Shown in pieces: positions 1 through 13,309 of a DNA stretch of 64,000 nucleotides. The DNA lies in NCBI GenBank assembly GCA_964247055.1, contig OZ176056.1, positions 4,216,001 through 4,280,000 of the forward strand. Direction: 5' to 3'. The notes under the pieces are model-generated. The model worked only from the letters and a program-made list of their open reading frames with translations. It was not told where the DNA came from and searched no databases. This DNA comes from Paragordius varius. Its lineage: Eukaryota; Animalia; Nematomorpha. Positions within the stretch are counted from its first letter, which is position 1, and each line of letters begins with the position of its first letter. A program made the position numbers and the translations under genes.

Positions 1-1195
1 GGTTTGAGCCTTCATAATTGATATAAGAAAGTTATTATCAGTTTTGTAATAACTGCTCCATATCAGAAAAGGCAAAATTTGCCAACATTTTATTTAATAA
101 AATTTTTTAGTGAAAACCAAATGCTTTATTCCAAAAAAATCACTAAAATATATCATAAACTAAAATTTTGAGATGTGTATACTTTAAAAGTACAAATTTT
201 TTTGCTTTCAAAATGGGCTAGCTTTATAGACCGTAAATATGCGAAGATTCTGCGATTTTTAATGAATGCTAAATTTATATCAACTAAAAGTATTTTTGTC
301 AAAATTTTAAAAATATTTGTTGATGCATAGTTCATACTATTTTGGCATTATAGAAACGGTATAAAACGCTTTTTGATATAATAAAATCTTATTTATATGA
401 GTCGATTATGGTGAAAATTTCTCGCTGATTTTAATTGAAAGGTTCCTTTGTTAAATGTTGGTGATTGTTCAAAATAACACATAAACATAATTTTGAAACC
501 GAACGGATATTATTATTATTTTGAGGTGATAGGAACGTTCAGCATCATTTTTCATCATGCCTTTAAAAATTATTTTAAATATGCCTGTTTTTTAAAGTTT
601 TTTTACTTGATGTTAAATTTAGGATAGATTTAATTTTTTTTACGTCTAATTTATGAGAACTGTTTGGAAGGGCAAAAAATTTATGACTTTGGGAGCCGCT
701 AAATATTAATGTTATATATTGTTCGGATGTTTTACAGTATATTAAATTTTTTGATAATTTTTGAAATGAGGTATTCAGCTTCAATTAATATAACTATCAC
801 CCCAGAAAGTTATGAAATAATGTGTATATATCTCAACATACTTAAAATATCTTGAAAACGTTTAATTTATTAAAACTAATTTTTAAAGAAGTAAATCATT
901 TTTTGATGTCATATGTGGCATGTATTTAATATTCTTTTGTGACTTAGATTTTCGAATTATATAAGGACGTAATAAATATGTTTTAAAATGTAAATTTCTA
1001 AATTTGGTTAATAAAACAATTAAAAACTTCGAAAATTGTTATGAAAAATTGTTTATTTTTGAAAAGGACAACAATTAAATTAAATTTAAAGACACAAACC
1101 TTGAGTAATATTCAAATAGTATACCGCACTCTAGATTTCTAAAATGAATCTGAATAAATTTATTTTAATTATCCTTTAACGAGTTGTACAAAAGC

Positions 1196-1203
1196 TATAA
1201 ATA
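1196..1203 (+). promoter_or_regulatory. TATA box of peptide gene 1
   Basis: TATAAATACGACAC about 90 nt upstream of the ATG. TATAAATAC recurs at similar spacing upstream of all five family start codons. Confidence 0.7.
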
Positions 1204-1287
1204 CGACACGAGATTGTAAATTATCAAAACTTTTCAAACTATCCCTTTTTCTCTAGAAATTATTTATTGCATTAAGGAAAATTTATT

Positions 1288-1640
1288 ATGCATAAAGTTA
1301 TATTAATATCCCTTTTCTTCGTGTTGGCTATACATTCTTATTCCGCCCAGGGTATAGTTTTCATTTAAGTTTTTAATTAAAATTAAGAACTTTTGTTAAC
1401 ATGATGCATAAAAATTCTTAACCTTTTCATATAGTGTATCCGCCTGATTGTGGTCCAGTATGTGATATATATTGTCCGTATGGGAATGTGCTGGATGAAT
1501 TTGGTTGTGAAATTTGTCAATGTAATCCACCACCAGTAACTCGACGTACCAGACCTACAAGACCTCCGACTAGGAGAACTCGTAGAACAACGAGACCTAC
1601 TCGCCGACCACCTACTATCCCTTACAGACCCGTTTATTGA
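1288..1640 (+). CDS. Secreted antistasin-like domain peptide with Arg/Pro/Thr tail, copy 1 (89 aa; exons 1288-1351, 1435-1640)
   Basis: Exon 1 encodes MHKVILISLFFVLAIHSYSAQ (signal peptide). An 83-nt phase-1 GT-AG intron joins it in frame to VYPPDCGPVCDIYCPYGNVLDEFGCEICQCNPPPVTRRTRPTRPPTRRTRRTTRPTRRPPTIPYRPVY*. The spacing C-x3-C-x3-C-x2-G-x3-D-x2-GC-x2-C-x-C fits antistasin-type domains. Confidence 0.9.
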
Positions 1641-2112
1641 TTTGTTAAAAATTAAAATTTTGTGTTAAATGCAATCACATTTAAAAAAAATTGTTTAATT
1701 ATTCAAAGCATATATATGTATTTAATAGAATTATTTAATAAATAGATGTGATAATTATATGTTATTCTATTGATTAGCTAAACTCTGCTAATTATAAGTA
1801 TAATGTTATCATTAGGGATTCTTTAGCGTTTTAGTTTTTATTATTATAATACGATTTTCGTTCTCTTGCTATCAGATTTCAGAATATATATTGGTTTTGG
1901 TCATCAATTTTAATTTCTTAAAGTTTCGAGCGAATTATAGTACATCGGTGGCGAAAAACCTAAATCAATTTCATGTCAAAATGATATTACAGAAAAAATG
2001 TATGACAACTATTTTTAAAATTAAGGCAGGTTCGTCCACTCCATTGCTTTAAAACTATATTAAATAAATTTTTGTCCAACATTCGGGAATGATATGCAAT
2101 ATTTGGACTAAG

Positions 2113-3315
2113 TATATACCTTTTCCCAGTCAATCGAAACATTTTACCAATCAATCGAAACTTCCATCAATCGAAACATTTTCCCAATCAATAAAAACAT
2201 TTTCCCAATCAATAAAAACGGTTTTATTTTTTATGATAAATATCTAAAAATGATAAAAACAACTTTTAACCATTTTCAGCGTATTATATGGAGATTATTT
2301 AATTAAAAACACAATTATTGAATGACAATTTTTTCAATTATCCAGTGCACAATCATTAATGACTTATTCTTTAAAAGTTATTTTTCTGAAATAGATATTT
2401 TTAAATAATATTTTTTATTTTATCGATGATTCGCATTAATATTTGCGGCTAACTTATAAAATTTTTAGTTACGGATGAATAACAAAATTTATATAAAATA
2501 TACCATTTTTATCTCAAATTTTTAAACATGTCAAGTTTGTCGATAAAAATACTGTAGGACTATAATATCTAAGAAAAAAATTTATAAATGTTTTTGATTT
2601 AAAAATATTTTATAAAAAAGGATATTCCAACACAATGTCTTTGCCAACCGCATTTTTAACTCAAAAAGCAGTGGGTTTCGCATTTGAAATAATACCGGTA
2701 TTTATATATAATTCAATCAATTTTAGACATAAGACTGTAAAATACAAACACAATATAACAATTTTTTTAATGCATTGCCAACATAATATACGCCTTCAGA
2801 ATAATTGCGTAAGAAATATAAATTTCATTAAGATTTTGTGGGCATATTTTTGTATGTGGATTTCCAAATTTTTCGCGGGCCGCACAAAGAATATCAGAGG
2901 GCGGCGTGCCATTCCTAGACCAAATAAAATATTATATAAGCTAGGTAAAATTTATGTTTCAGATCCAATATGAAGTGTTAGATGACCTTTAAAATAAAAA
3001 TGGTATATTTTTATAAACAAAAATAAATGCGAAACATCGATAAAAAAAATATTATTTAAAAATATAATTTTAAAGAATTAGTCATTAATTATTGTGCATT
3101 GAATTATAATTGGAAAAATTGTCATTTAATAATTGCGTTTTTATGAAAAAATAATATCCTAATATTACGCTGATAATGGTTAAAAGTTATTTTTTTGTTA
3201 TGATATTTATCATCAAAAATGAAACCGTTTTTATCGATTGAGAAAATGTTTTTATTGAATGGGAAAATGTTTCGATTGACTGAGAAAACGTTTTTTGACT
3301 GGGAAATGGTATATA
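2113..3315. mobile_element. Non-autonomous foldback/MITE-like element with about 320-400 bp inverted arms
   Basis: Left end TATATACCTTTTCCCAGTCAA versus the reverse complement of the right end TATATACCATTTCCCAGTCAA. Arms pair about 2113-2515 with 2992-3315. The element is absent at the paralogous site near 12840. Confidence 0.8.
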
Positions 3316-4589
3316 ACAAATTAAAAAATATATTATTTATTATTCAAACAATGTTAGTTACATGGATATATTTATGAAATTTCAAAATATTATATGAATT
3401 TTTTCCCTATAAATAAAAATAAAAAGATTTAAATTAATATAATATATAATAGGTGGTCGCAAATAAACGATTATATAAATTAAATGTACCATTATTCTTA
3501 AAGATGTACATGCCATGTTTAAATATAATGAAAACAGGTGTGATTAAACAGTAGCACAAAATCGGTATCATTTATTGAGAATAATGGATCAAGGATATCA
3601 TGGCGGTGATTTTGGGCTTTAAGAATCATCTAAAAATAATATTCACACTTTATCGGTAGTTTCTCCATATCGAAGTATCGAAAATTCTATAAATATATAT
3701 ATATATATTAATAAATATTTTGTGAAAACTAAATTCTTGATTCCAAACAATATAATTAAATTATATTATATTAAAATAATATTTTAAGGTTATCTCTGAA
3801 AGGTTTTCCTAAACAATAGAAGACATACCTGGATTGCGTTTAGATTATGACTTCAAAAAAAAACTTTTGAAAAATGGACACTCTGTTTAAAAATATAATT
3901 TCTAGCAAAATTATGTTCAAGAGCCTTATTTAGGTATACAAACATAGTGGAAACGGTATAACAATTATCCCATATAATTCGATAACGCTAAACCATTCAA
4001 TTACCTCAAAATTTTTATTTAAAGATTTGTTCGTATTCAAATTCTAGTTTATAACATGTGTTATTCACATTTCTGCTGTATTTGATGAGAAGAGGTTTTA
4101 ATTGAAATTCTAAGGTGATACAAATGTTTAGCATAATCGAATTATATAAAAAAATTTGTATATTGTTATAAAATGTTTTTAGACTGTTATCATTAGCTTG
4201 AAGATACCATAAAATCCTCTACAAAATTTAGCTAAAATTAATTTGACCAAATATGAATTTATCAAAAATGATTTATTGATGTCATAATTTAGCACATAGT
4301 ATTTTTTCGGCGTTTTTTTAAAGATATGAGTGTATTTTAGAGAAAACCAAAAGTATGACGCTTAGATCACATAATTAAAATTTTAATATTATCCTTTTTA
4401 AATATAATAGATGATATACATAATAATATTTGGAAAGAAATTAGATGGCATCAAAAATCTTAGTTAGCATATTGTGCACAAATTTTTCAAGACTTGGAAA
4501 CAAAGCAATTGCCACAAAAATGGTAATAACTTTTTATAATTACTCAATACCACAAACACCATAAAAATCCTAATATAATAATTCAGCAG

Positions 4590-4594
<5 letters not shown>

Positions 4595-4625
<31 letters not shown>
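4595..4625. repeat. (TA)n microsatellite
   Basis: Uninterrupted TA run; coordinates approximate. Confidence 0.85.
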
Positions 4626-4627
<2 letters not shown>

Positions 4628-5062
4628 ATTTGCACCTCGAATTTACCCTCGAACAATATAATTATGCCCCTGAACAAATGAATTTCATCCTAAAAAAATT
4701 ATGTGTTTTCGAACTAATATAATTCATCTTTAATATAAAATTATTTATTTATTGATTTTTCAGTCTTATGTCAATTTTAAAGTATTATTCAAATATTTGC
4801 AAAGGTGAATAAATAGTTGAAGGGTGTTGAATTGATGGAGTTATTACGGATTTTCAAGATATACAACCGATTTTGTGCACTGTTAAATCAGATTAACTTC
4901 TTGGTTGGATGAGCACACCATAAAATACCTCTTAAAGAATATTGGCACAATTTGATGAATGTAATCTAGGCGTTTATTCGCCACTGACCTATTATATATT
5001 TCAATAATCCTACATTTAAGATTTTGTTACCCAATTCGAAATTTTTTTTATTTTTTTATTTA

Positions 5063-5228
5063 CAGTATGCATTTTAATGGTTGCTTATTTCACACTATAG
5101 TTTGGCAATTTGTTCGCAAAACAATAAAATGTTGAAAAAACAACTACTTCCTTTCTTTTTCTATACGCTCTTGTGTTGGAAATTGCCCAACTATAGTGTG
5201 AAATAAGCAACCATTAAAATGCATACTG
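5063..5228. mobile_element. Tc1/mariner-type MITE (166 bp)
   Basis: TA|CAGTATGCATTTTAATGG...CCATTAAAATGCATACTG|TA with about 45-bp TIRs. Related copies at 18164-18326 and 33217-33494. Confidence 0.85.
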
Positions 5229-5699
5229 TATTGAAGTAATAAAACTTGGTATTTATTAAAAAATACACCAATAGTATCTTGTTACGTTTGTGTCTAAAAT
5301 CTTATTTTATTTCCAATTTAATAGCCCACAATGATATTTTTCTAATGTTAGATTTTGAGACTGGAGTGGATTGAGCAACGAACCTTCCTAATATGAGAAA
5401 TACCAATCTAGTTTATATGCTATTTTCGATTTTATTCATGGCATTAAAAATTGAACATAAACAATATCATACATTTTTTTAAATTCATAGATTTGCGGTT
5501 AGACCACTTAGTGAAACAAAAAATATTTTATTTTTTGTAAAAAGTATTTTTTTGTAGCCGGAATCGGAAATTGTTTTTACTATGCCCACATACAGTATTG
5601 AGCAAAAACAAAGAGACTTTTATTTTAAAAAAATCAACTAATTTTACAATGATCGATGTTTAGGATGGGGTGATAATAAAAATATTTGATTTGCAAGTT

Positions 5700-6900
5700 T
5701 TTCAAATCATGACTTGCTTTCATGTGATAAAAAAATTTAACCTAAGACGACTTAAGTCAAGCAAGAAAACTTTCGGAGGTGATAAAAAATCATATGATCA
5801 AGTAAAAATTATAGATAGTGAAAGTGTGGTGTATGGCACATTTAACAGATTGAAAAAATGTATAAAATTATTTCACTATTTATGTATGAAATTTAGGCTT
5901 TATATGTAACTAAAACCTTTTTTATAAATTATTTTTTTTGATAAATTTTGGCCCATTAACCTATTCAAATTGGGTGGATACATAAGAGTATAAATCTTTA
6001 GAAATCTGCTATTATTTAAAAATGCATATAAAAAGCTAAATATATCGTTTCCGACGCAAAAAAATTTGATTTTAGAAAATTTATTAAAATTAATAATTTA
6101 CATTATTCTTGAAAATTTCAATTTTTCGTTTAACAAATACTAAAGGTTACTTTACTATTAACTAATGTAAAGAGTATATTTCATCATAATTTATTTTAAA
6201 TGTATGTTGATAAATCAATTAAATATAAAATATGTTATATTGTATAAACATCTTCCCATTATATGATTGATTACCAAAAGAAGTAGGGTGGTAAAATAAT
6301 ATGGAATGTTTTAAGGGCGAATGGTTTAATTAATAAAAATTATCACCGGGCTATTATTTAGAACAATCTATAATATTAAATAAGATAAGTGCCAGTAAGT
6401 TTGTAAAACTTCAATAAATGCATATTGGAATTGTTTATCTTATTCTGCCTTATTTCATAAGTTTTGGCTGAAAATGTTCAAAACAAATTCCGTAAAAATC
6501 GAATTGGGTGGCAAAAAAATACATTCATAAGCAAAAGACTTGACTTAAGCGTTCTTTTTTATCACCGATTTTCAAGTGTACACTTGCTGCTTAAGTAATG
6601 CACAACCACGCTTGATTTTCAAGTCAAGTGCGACTTTTCCAAGTCATGGCCTGCTTTTATGTGATAAAAAAATTACATTAGGAAATTTAAACCAAGCAAA
6701 AAAACTTGAACGGGAGGTGATAAAAAATCATATGGTTAAGAAAAACTTGAAGATTGCAAGTGTGGTATAGGGCACACTTGACATATACAAAAATTTGAAC
6801 AAATATTTTGTATAATTTAGGTTTTATAAGTAATAACCTTTGTTCTTTACTTAAATAATTTATGCTAATTTTACATATTCAAACTGGGTGGATACAGAAG
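5700..6900 (+). repeat. Pair of diverged ~270-bp direct repeats (about 5700-5990 and 6640-6900)
   Basis: Shared blocks such as ggaggtgataaaaaatcatatg, aagtgtggt and tattcaaa(t/c)tgggtggatac. A further partial copy lies near 10070-10140. Confidence 0.55.
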
Positions 6901-8673
6901 AAAATGAAATATATGGAAAAACTATACAAAATTTTTAAAGTATTTTATTATAGTTTTTGATAACTCTCGAATTAAACATATGCAAAATCACAAGTTTATT
7001 TTTAATTTATTTTATCGAAACTAATCGAACAAATCCGGGTAAAGTTTTTTGATTTATCAAAGTGTATCAAAAAAGGATGCAATAGACTCACTTCGCTAAT
7101 GTTTACAAAAAACGTATTGTTCTGCCTTTCACACCAGTGTAATCTATCAATGACAGCCCTTTGTTGTTGCGGATATGGGTTGTTATACTTTATGCAATCA
7201 AATGATATAGGAAAATAAAGTCTTTTCAGCTTTATTCCATATATTTTCACTATTGGTTTAGTTTTATGGTATGAAATATCATTCTTTAAAGAACATTGTA
7301 TTTATATTTTAGCTGATTTTAATCGAAGTATATCTTAATTTATCATGTTATAAGAAATTTTTTCATTTAATACGATTTTTTTAGAGCATCTAAGATAATG
7401 AGTGTATTTTTGTGTTATTAACATGGTCTTAAATACATTTTAATGTTTCTTAAGTTTAACACTTCTATTCAATTCGGGGTATCTAAATACCCCATACTAA
7501 ATTTGAATTAGGATTTTTTAAATTTATGCTTCTATCCAAATAATAATTATATAAATATACCCAAATATCTAAATAAAATTTTGTTTTGAAAAAAAAGTTC
7601 CATGTCAAACTACTTCGACGCCATTTTTATTTTACAAAATTTTTGCAAAATATCGTCTTCATTTAAATTTAAGGGTAGAATTAAATTTAATTTTATGTTT
7701 GAATTACGTCTAACATTGATAGAAATAGAAAAAGCGGTGTTTTTTGTATTATTTTTCAATTTTACTATTGCACACATGTTAGGTGGACTAAATTTTTACC
7801 TTTCGGTTTTAGCTTAAAATAAGTAATATCAAGTATTTTTTATTTAATTTTTTTATATATTTCGGTTTACTAATGTTATAAAAGTGCAAAATTTTGCAAT
7901 GGTTTCGATTCATTCCATATTTTTAAAAGAATTTTATTTTAAACAGGCCTCGGGTAAACTACCCCAATTTGAATCGAAGGACTAAAATGAATGTGTTGTA
8001 TCCAAGTGTTAATTATACATTTAAGTTGGCATCGATTAAAATTTATAAGTAATTAATTAAATTTTTTTGAGACTAGAAGCTACCGATTTTAAATTTTTAA
8101 TTAAAATGTTATTTTTGCCAATATTCTCAATTTTTTGATTTTGAAGAACTTGCCAATATGCCGCATTCGTATAACATTTAATATCTTTTTAACTTCAATG
8201 TGTTTCGCCTCCATGATATACTTCATTTAATTGTTAATCGTATTTTTGGTAAATGCTTTAAAGTTTTTTTAAGTCGAAATCCATTTATTTATATATAAAC
8301 TAAAATTGTAATTACGATTTTTTAACTTGATACTAAAGGTATAGACGGAATAAAAATTTTAACTTATTTTATATAGTACATCCGTGCACCAACCACCTAA
8401 TTAAAAAATATACAAAGAAGCAGAAAAAGTTTCTCAAAACACGATAGCTGACATGCAATTTAACGTTTTTTGGAATTACATTATGAAATACTGCATTAAA
8501 AAGAAGTGTTACTTCTAGAAAAACATAAATTTCAATAATTCTAATTCATATTAAAATCAATATATTTTATATTTATAATGTAAATGTAATTAAGTACAAT
8601 CATAATTAACATATAATTCAATATACAAATCATTATTATTAAAAATTGAGAATTTATAATAAATTATAAGCGT

Positions 8674-9480
8674 TTAATAATATATTTCATATAGTATATT
8701 GTATTGTCGCCCTGAGATTATTTCGTCTCTCAGAGCACTATCACTATCCGTATTTTCTTCATCATCACTATTATTATCTAGATCAAACGATATCACATCA
8801 GCTAAATTAAAATTGTCCTTTAAAAATTTTGCCATGTTATATAAAGCGGCGCAGCTTACCAATTATATTAATTGCGGTATCATAGTGCAATTTTGGAAAC
8901 CGGCGTTTAAGTCGACCAAATGCAATGACTATTTCTTTGGCGTGCAATGCATTGAATTTAGTTTACATGAGGTTTTTAAGGTTTTTAAATGGTGTTATTA
9001 AATATGGACTAATTCCATATACCCACTGTCACCCAATAGTGCGGCATGGGTATTAGCTGAAAAATATTATACTTTTGCGGAATATCCGATGATCGTAAAC
9101 GCGTCCGGCATTTTAACGAGAATTCATTACCGTCACAGGTAAATTAATCTGCCAATGTAATTTTTATAATAGATCACTGTTAAGGCTGTATCGACTTTTA
9201 TTCAAACATGATTCAGATGTTAGTACAGTCTATGGCACCTTAACTGTTGGCATCTTATGATTCTTCTGCCAACGTTAATTAGCGTCTTCTATTGGAACTG
9301 GTCAGATGAAAATCGGATACTTTTATGAGCAATGTCACAAATTTTTCATCCACTTTACTATTTTAGTTACGGTGGTTAATCGTTTTACACCACAATCATT
9401 AGTGACCCTACTAGCCCGGGTTCACTAATGTGATGGAGGAAAATCTCGACACATAATCTGGATGAAAGTGCGGCACGTCT
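8674..9480 (-). pseudogene. Decayed PIF/Harbinger (DDE_Tnp_4, HARBI1-like) transposase
   Basis: Minus-strand motifs in correct order: GAIDCTNI* (9239-9213), GRVYDHRIFRKS (~9107-9072), LLGDSGY (~9039-9020), LITPF, FNALHAK..IAFGRLKRRFP, SCAALYN plus an acidic tail. Stops and frameshifts are present. The upstream limit is approximate. Confidence 0.85.
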
Positions 9481-11400
9481 TTTTTCATTAATATAATTAG
9501 GGAAAATTTATGAAGTTATAAAATCGATGCTTTCATTATTAAATCTTAACAAACGTTTCATATGTTGCAACTTTATTTTTTGCGCTCCGATTTCTTTCTA
9601 ATTGTTTAAGTACATTTTTTCACTCTTAGATAACAACCGACAGAATATTTTAATAATGGAAGGAAATTTATAATCTAAAAGGTTATAGATGTATTTTCAA
9701 AAATTAATTAACCATCTACAGGTTTGATAACGAGAAATTTATTTAATAAAGTTATAATTATATAATTATACCGGTATCATATTAAACTTGAAGTAAAATA
9801 ATATAAGAATTTTTAACAAATGGTTTCATCATCTTATAGATACCAACTTAAATATATAAAAAATCAAATATTTATAATTTTAACATACGTGGTTTTGAGT
9901 TTTACTTCAATAATTGCATATTGTATTTAGTGTTTATCTTTTTGTTCCCCTAATCAATAATTTAGCAGTAAAATTTTAATATATTTCCCGTATAATTTGA
10001 ATTGAATGGTAAAAAAATATTACATTTTTGAGCAAAATACTTGAATTAAATTTTTTTTACCGATTTTCAAATGACTTTCTGGCTTAAGTAAACTCGTTCA
10101 GCTTGCCACGCCTGGCTTACAAATCAAGTGCGACTTTTTTATACCCCACCCAATATTTTAATAATTTTATAATCCTAATGAAATATTTATCTGATAGAAT
10201 CATATTTATCATGGTGTTTCGGTTTGAGCCTTCATTTACATTATCAGTTTTTAATAACTGCTCCATATCAGAAAAGGCAAAATTTGCCAACATTTTATTT
10301 AATAAAACTTTTTAGTGAAAACCAAATGCTTCATTCCAAAAAAATCACTAAAATATATCATAAACTAAAAATTTAATTTTGAGATGTGTATACTTCAAAA
10401 GTACAATTTTTTTTGCTTTCAAAATGGGCTAGCTCGTAAACGGAGATTCTGCGATTTTTAATAAATGCTAGATTATCAACTAAAAGTATATTTGGCAAAA
10501 TTTAAAAAACATTTGTTGAGGCACATACTATTTTGGCATGATAGAAACGGTATAAAACGCTTTTTGATATAATAAAATCTTTTTTATAGTCGATTATGGT
10601 GAAAATTTCTCGCTGATTTTAATGAAAAGTTTCTTTGTTAAATGTTGGTGAATTATCAAAAAGACACATTAACATAATTTTGAAACCGAACGGATATTAT
10701 TATTATTTTGAGCTGATAGGAACGTTCAGCATCATTTTTCATCATGCCTTTAAATAGTAAAAGATGCTTCAACACTTTTTTTCAAAACTTATTTTAGATA
10801 TGCATGTTTTTAAAAGTTTATTTACTTGATATCAAATTTTAGGATATATTTAAATATTTTTACGTCTAATTTAAAAGAATGTTTAGAGGGGCAAAAATTA
10901 AAGACTTTGGGGGCCGCTAAATATTAATGTTAGATATTGTTCTAATTTATTGCCGTATATTAAATTTTTAGTGATTTTTTTAATGAGGTATATCAGTTTC
11001 ATTTAATAAAATTCATTTAATAAATGTTTTAACTATCACCCCAGAAAGTTATGAAAGAATGTGTATATATCTCAACATGCTTAAAATACCTTGAAAACGT
11101 TCAAACAATTAATACTAATTTTTATAAAAGCATATCAATTTTGATGTCATATGTGAATGAATTCAAAATTTTTTGTAACCTTAGGATTATTAAATTAAAT
11201 AAGGACCTTTTAAAATATGTTTTAAATTGTAAATTGCTGAATATGGATAATATAACAATTAAAACTTCAAGCTTTGTTTAAATAAGTTTTTGATAAAAGG
11301 ACAACAATTAAATTAAATCTGAAGGTACAAACCTTGAGTAATATTCAAATAGTATACCACACTCTAAATTTATAAAATTAATCTGAAGGTGTACAAAAGC

Positions 11401-11408
11401 TATAAATA
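11401..11408 (+). promoter_or_regulatory. TATA box of peptide gene 2
   Basis: TATAAATACGGCAC about 100 nt upstream of ATG 11500. Confidence 0.7.
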
Positions 11409-11499
11409 CGGCACGAAATTGTAAAATTATCAAAACATTTTTTCAAACTATCCCTTTTTCTTTAGAAATTATTCATTATTGCATTAAGGAAAATTTACT

Positions 11500-11851
11500 A
11501 TGTATAAATTTATATTAATAACCCTTTTCTTCGTGTTGGCTATACATTCTTATTCTGCCCAGGGTATAGTTTTCATTTTTTAAGTTTCTAATTAAAATTA
11601 TAAATTCAAAAACCATAAAATTTCTTAACCATTTTTATATAGTGTATCCGCCTGATTGTGGTCCAGTATGTGATATATATTGTCCGTATGGGAACGTGGT
11701 GGATGAATTTGGTTGTGAACTTTGTCAATGTAATCCACCACCAGTAACTCGACGTACCAGACCTACAAGATATCCGACTAGGAGAACTCGTAGAACGACG
11801 AGACCTACTCGCCGCCCACCTATTACTATTCCTTACAGACCCGTTTATTGA
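11500..11851 (+). CDS. Secreted antistasin-like/Arg-Pro-Thr peptide, copy 2 (90 aa; exons 11500-11563, 11643-11851)
   Basis: MYKFILITLFFVLAIHSYSAQ, 79-nt phase-1 GT-AG intron, then VYPPDCGPVCDIYCPYGNVVDEFGCELCQC...PITIPYRPVY*. Confidence 0.9.
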
Positions 11852-12529
11852 ATTGTTTGATAGAAAAAATAAAATATTTATGTTATGTGCAATCACATTT
11901 TAGAAAAATTTGTTTAATTTTACATATAGTGTATTTAATAGAATTATTTAATAAATAGATGTGATAATTACATGTTATTCTATAGATTAGCTAAACTCTT
12001 CTAATTATAAGTATAATGTTATCATTAGGGATTCTTTAGCGTTTTAGTTTATTATTATAATACGATTTTCGTGTTTTTGCTCTATTTTCCACATCATTAC
12101 ATATTAAACATTTTTCGTTTTTCCGGCCCCATTATATTTACTAATGATTTGGTCAAATTTAAGCTTCGGTTTATTTTACAACTAAATTAAACCACAAAAA
12201 TATAATATAGTGCAAAAAAATTTGTGTGCTATTGTATGTCGTCTATATAACACAACCATTTTTGACTTTTTTAACTGCCATTTTATTTATTTAATTTAAA
12301 TGTTCTACCCCCGATTTTTAGAATATATAGATTTTGAGAATTAATATTTTGTAAATTTTAAAATAATTGAAAAATCGAACTTGATCAAAAACTTCAAAAG
12401 ATAGAAAGATTTTGAGAATATGAAATTCTTGCATAATTAAATAAAGCATACAAAACTTAAGCTTTCATAAAAATTCTTATTTTGAGATAACCATTGTCAT
12501 ATTTTTTCTTTTTTTGCTAGATCACAAAC

Positions 12530-12530
<1 letters not shown>

Positions 12531-12567
<37 letters not shown>
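12531..12567. repeat. (TA)n microsatellite
   Basis: Uninterrupted TA run. Confidence 0.85.
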
Positions 12568-12571
<4 letters not shown>

Positions 12572-13309
12572 ATAAAATAATTAATTTAAGGTATTTTTCA
12601 GAATATATATTGGTTTTTGCCATTGATTTTAATTTTATCAAGTTTTGAGCCAATTTAAGTACATCGGTGGCAAAAAACCTAAACCAAAAATTAAGTCAAA
12701 ATGCTATTTTGACAAAATGGAAAATAGATAAACGTTATATTTTTAAAATTACAGCAGGTTCGTTACCCAATTCACTCCATTTCTTTAACTAAATATTAGA
12801 ATTATTTTACAACAATCGGAATTACAAACGATATTTGGATCAAGTTTAACAAATTCTTCCTAATTATTTACGCGAAAAGCTCTTCGATAAAAAATCTAAT
12901 ATTCTATTAAAAATATATTATTTATTATTCGAAACAATATTGGTTACATAGATTCATTACTACCAAAATATTATATAAAATTTTCCCCCCACAAATTACG
13001 GATAAAAACCATAAAGAGATATGATTTATTATATATATTTGGAACTCGCAAACATAGATGCCATAATTAAAATGTACCCATTATTCTAAACAAGTATTTT
13101 ATGGCATGTACAAATATAATTAATTAACAGGTCTGATTAAACATTAGCACAAAATCGGAAACATTTTTTATGAATGAAATGGATCAAGGATATGATGGCG
13201 GAAAAAGGGACAATAAAATGATCAACATATGTGGATTATTACGAAACATTATTTAATATCTATGATCACATATGAATTTTAAAACAGTGCATTCATACTA
13301 ATTTATTCT

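Larger units (their letters stand above)
1..5660 (+). repeat. Segmental duplication unit 1 (paralogous to about 10221-18750), containing peptide gene 1
   Basis: Colinear anchors: 1~10221 (ggtttgagccttcat), 1931~12660 (gtacatcggtggc), 3540~13130, 4200~16210, 4870~17975, 5063~18164, 5650~18740. The left boundary lies outside the window. Confidence 0.85.

Noticed and set aside
1434-1436. GTG/TTG starts given by the ORF track for the peptide genes
   Set aside because: These positions coincide with or precede intron acceptors; the true ATGs are in upstream signal-peptide exons.
2635-2973. 112-aa ORF inside the foldback element
   Set aside because: AT-rich I/N/K/F-biased composition with no transposase motif.
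7455-8000. Weak inverted termini (aattcggggta / taccccaatt), with a similar end near 44850
   Set aside because: Too degenerate to define boundaries or a TSD.
8699-9001. 100-aa plus-strand ORF
   Set aside because: Antisense shadow of the Harbinger transposase remnant.
11606-11896. 96-aa minus-strand ORF rich in Ser/Arg
   Set aside because: Antisense shadow of peptide copy 2 exon 2, which has the splice signals, signal peptide and paralogs.
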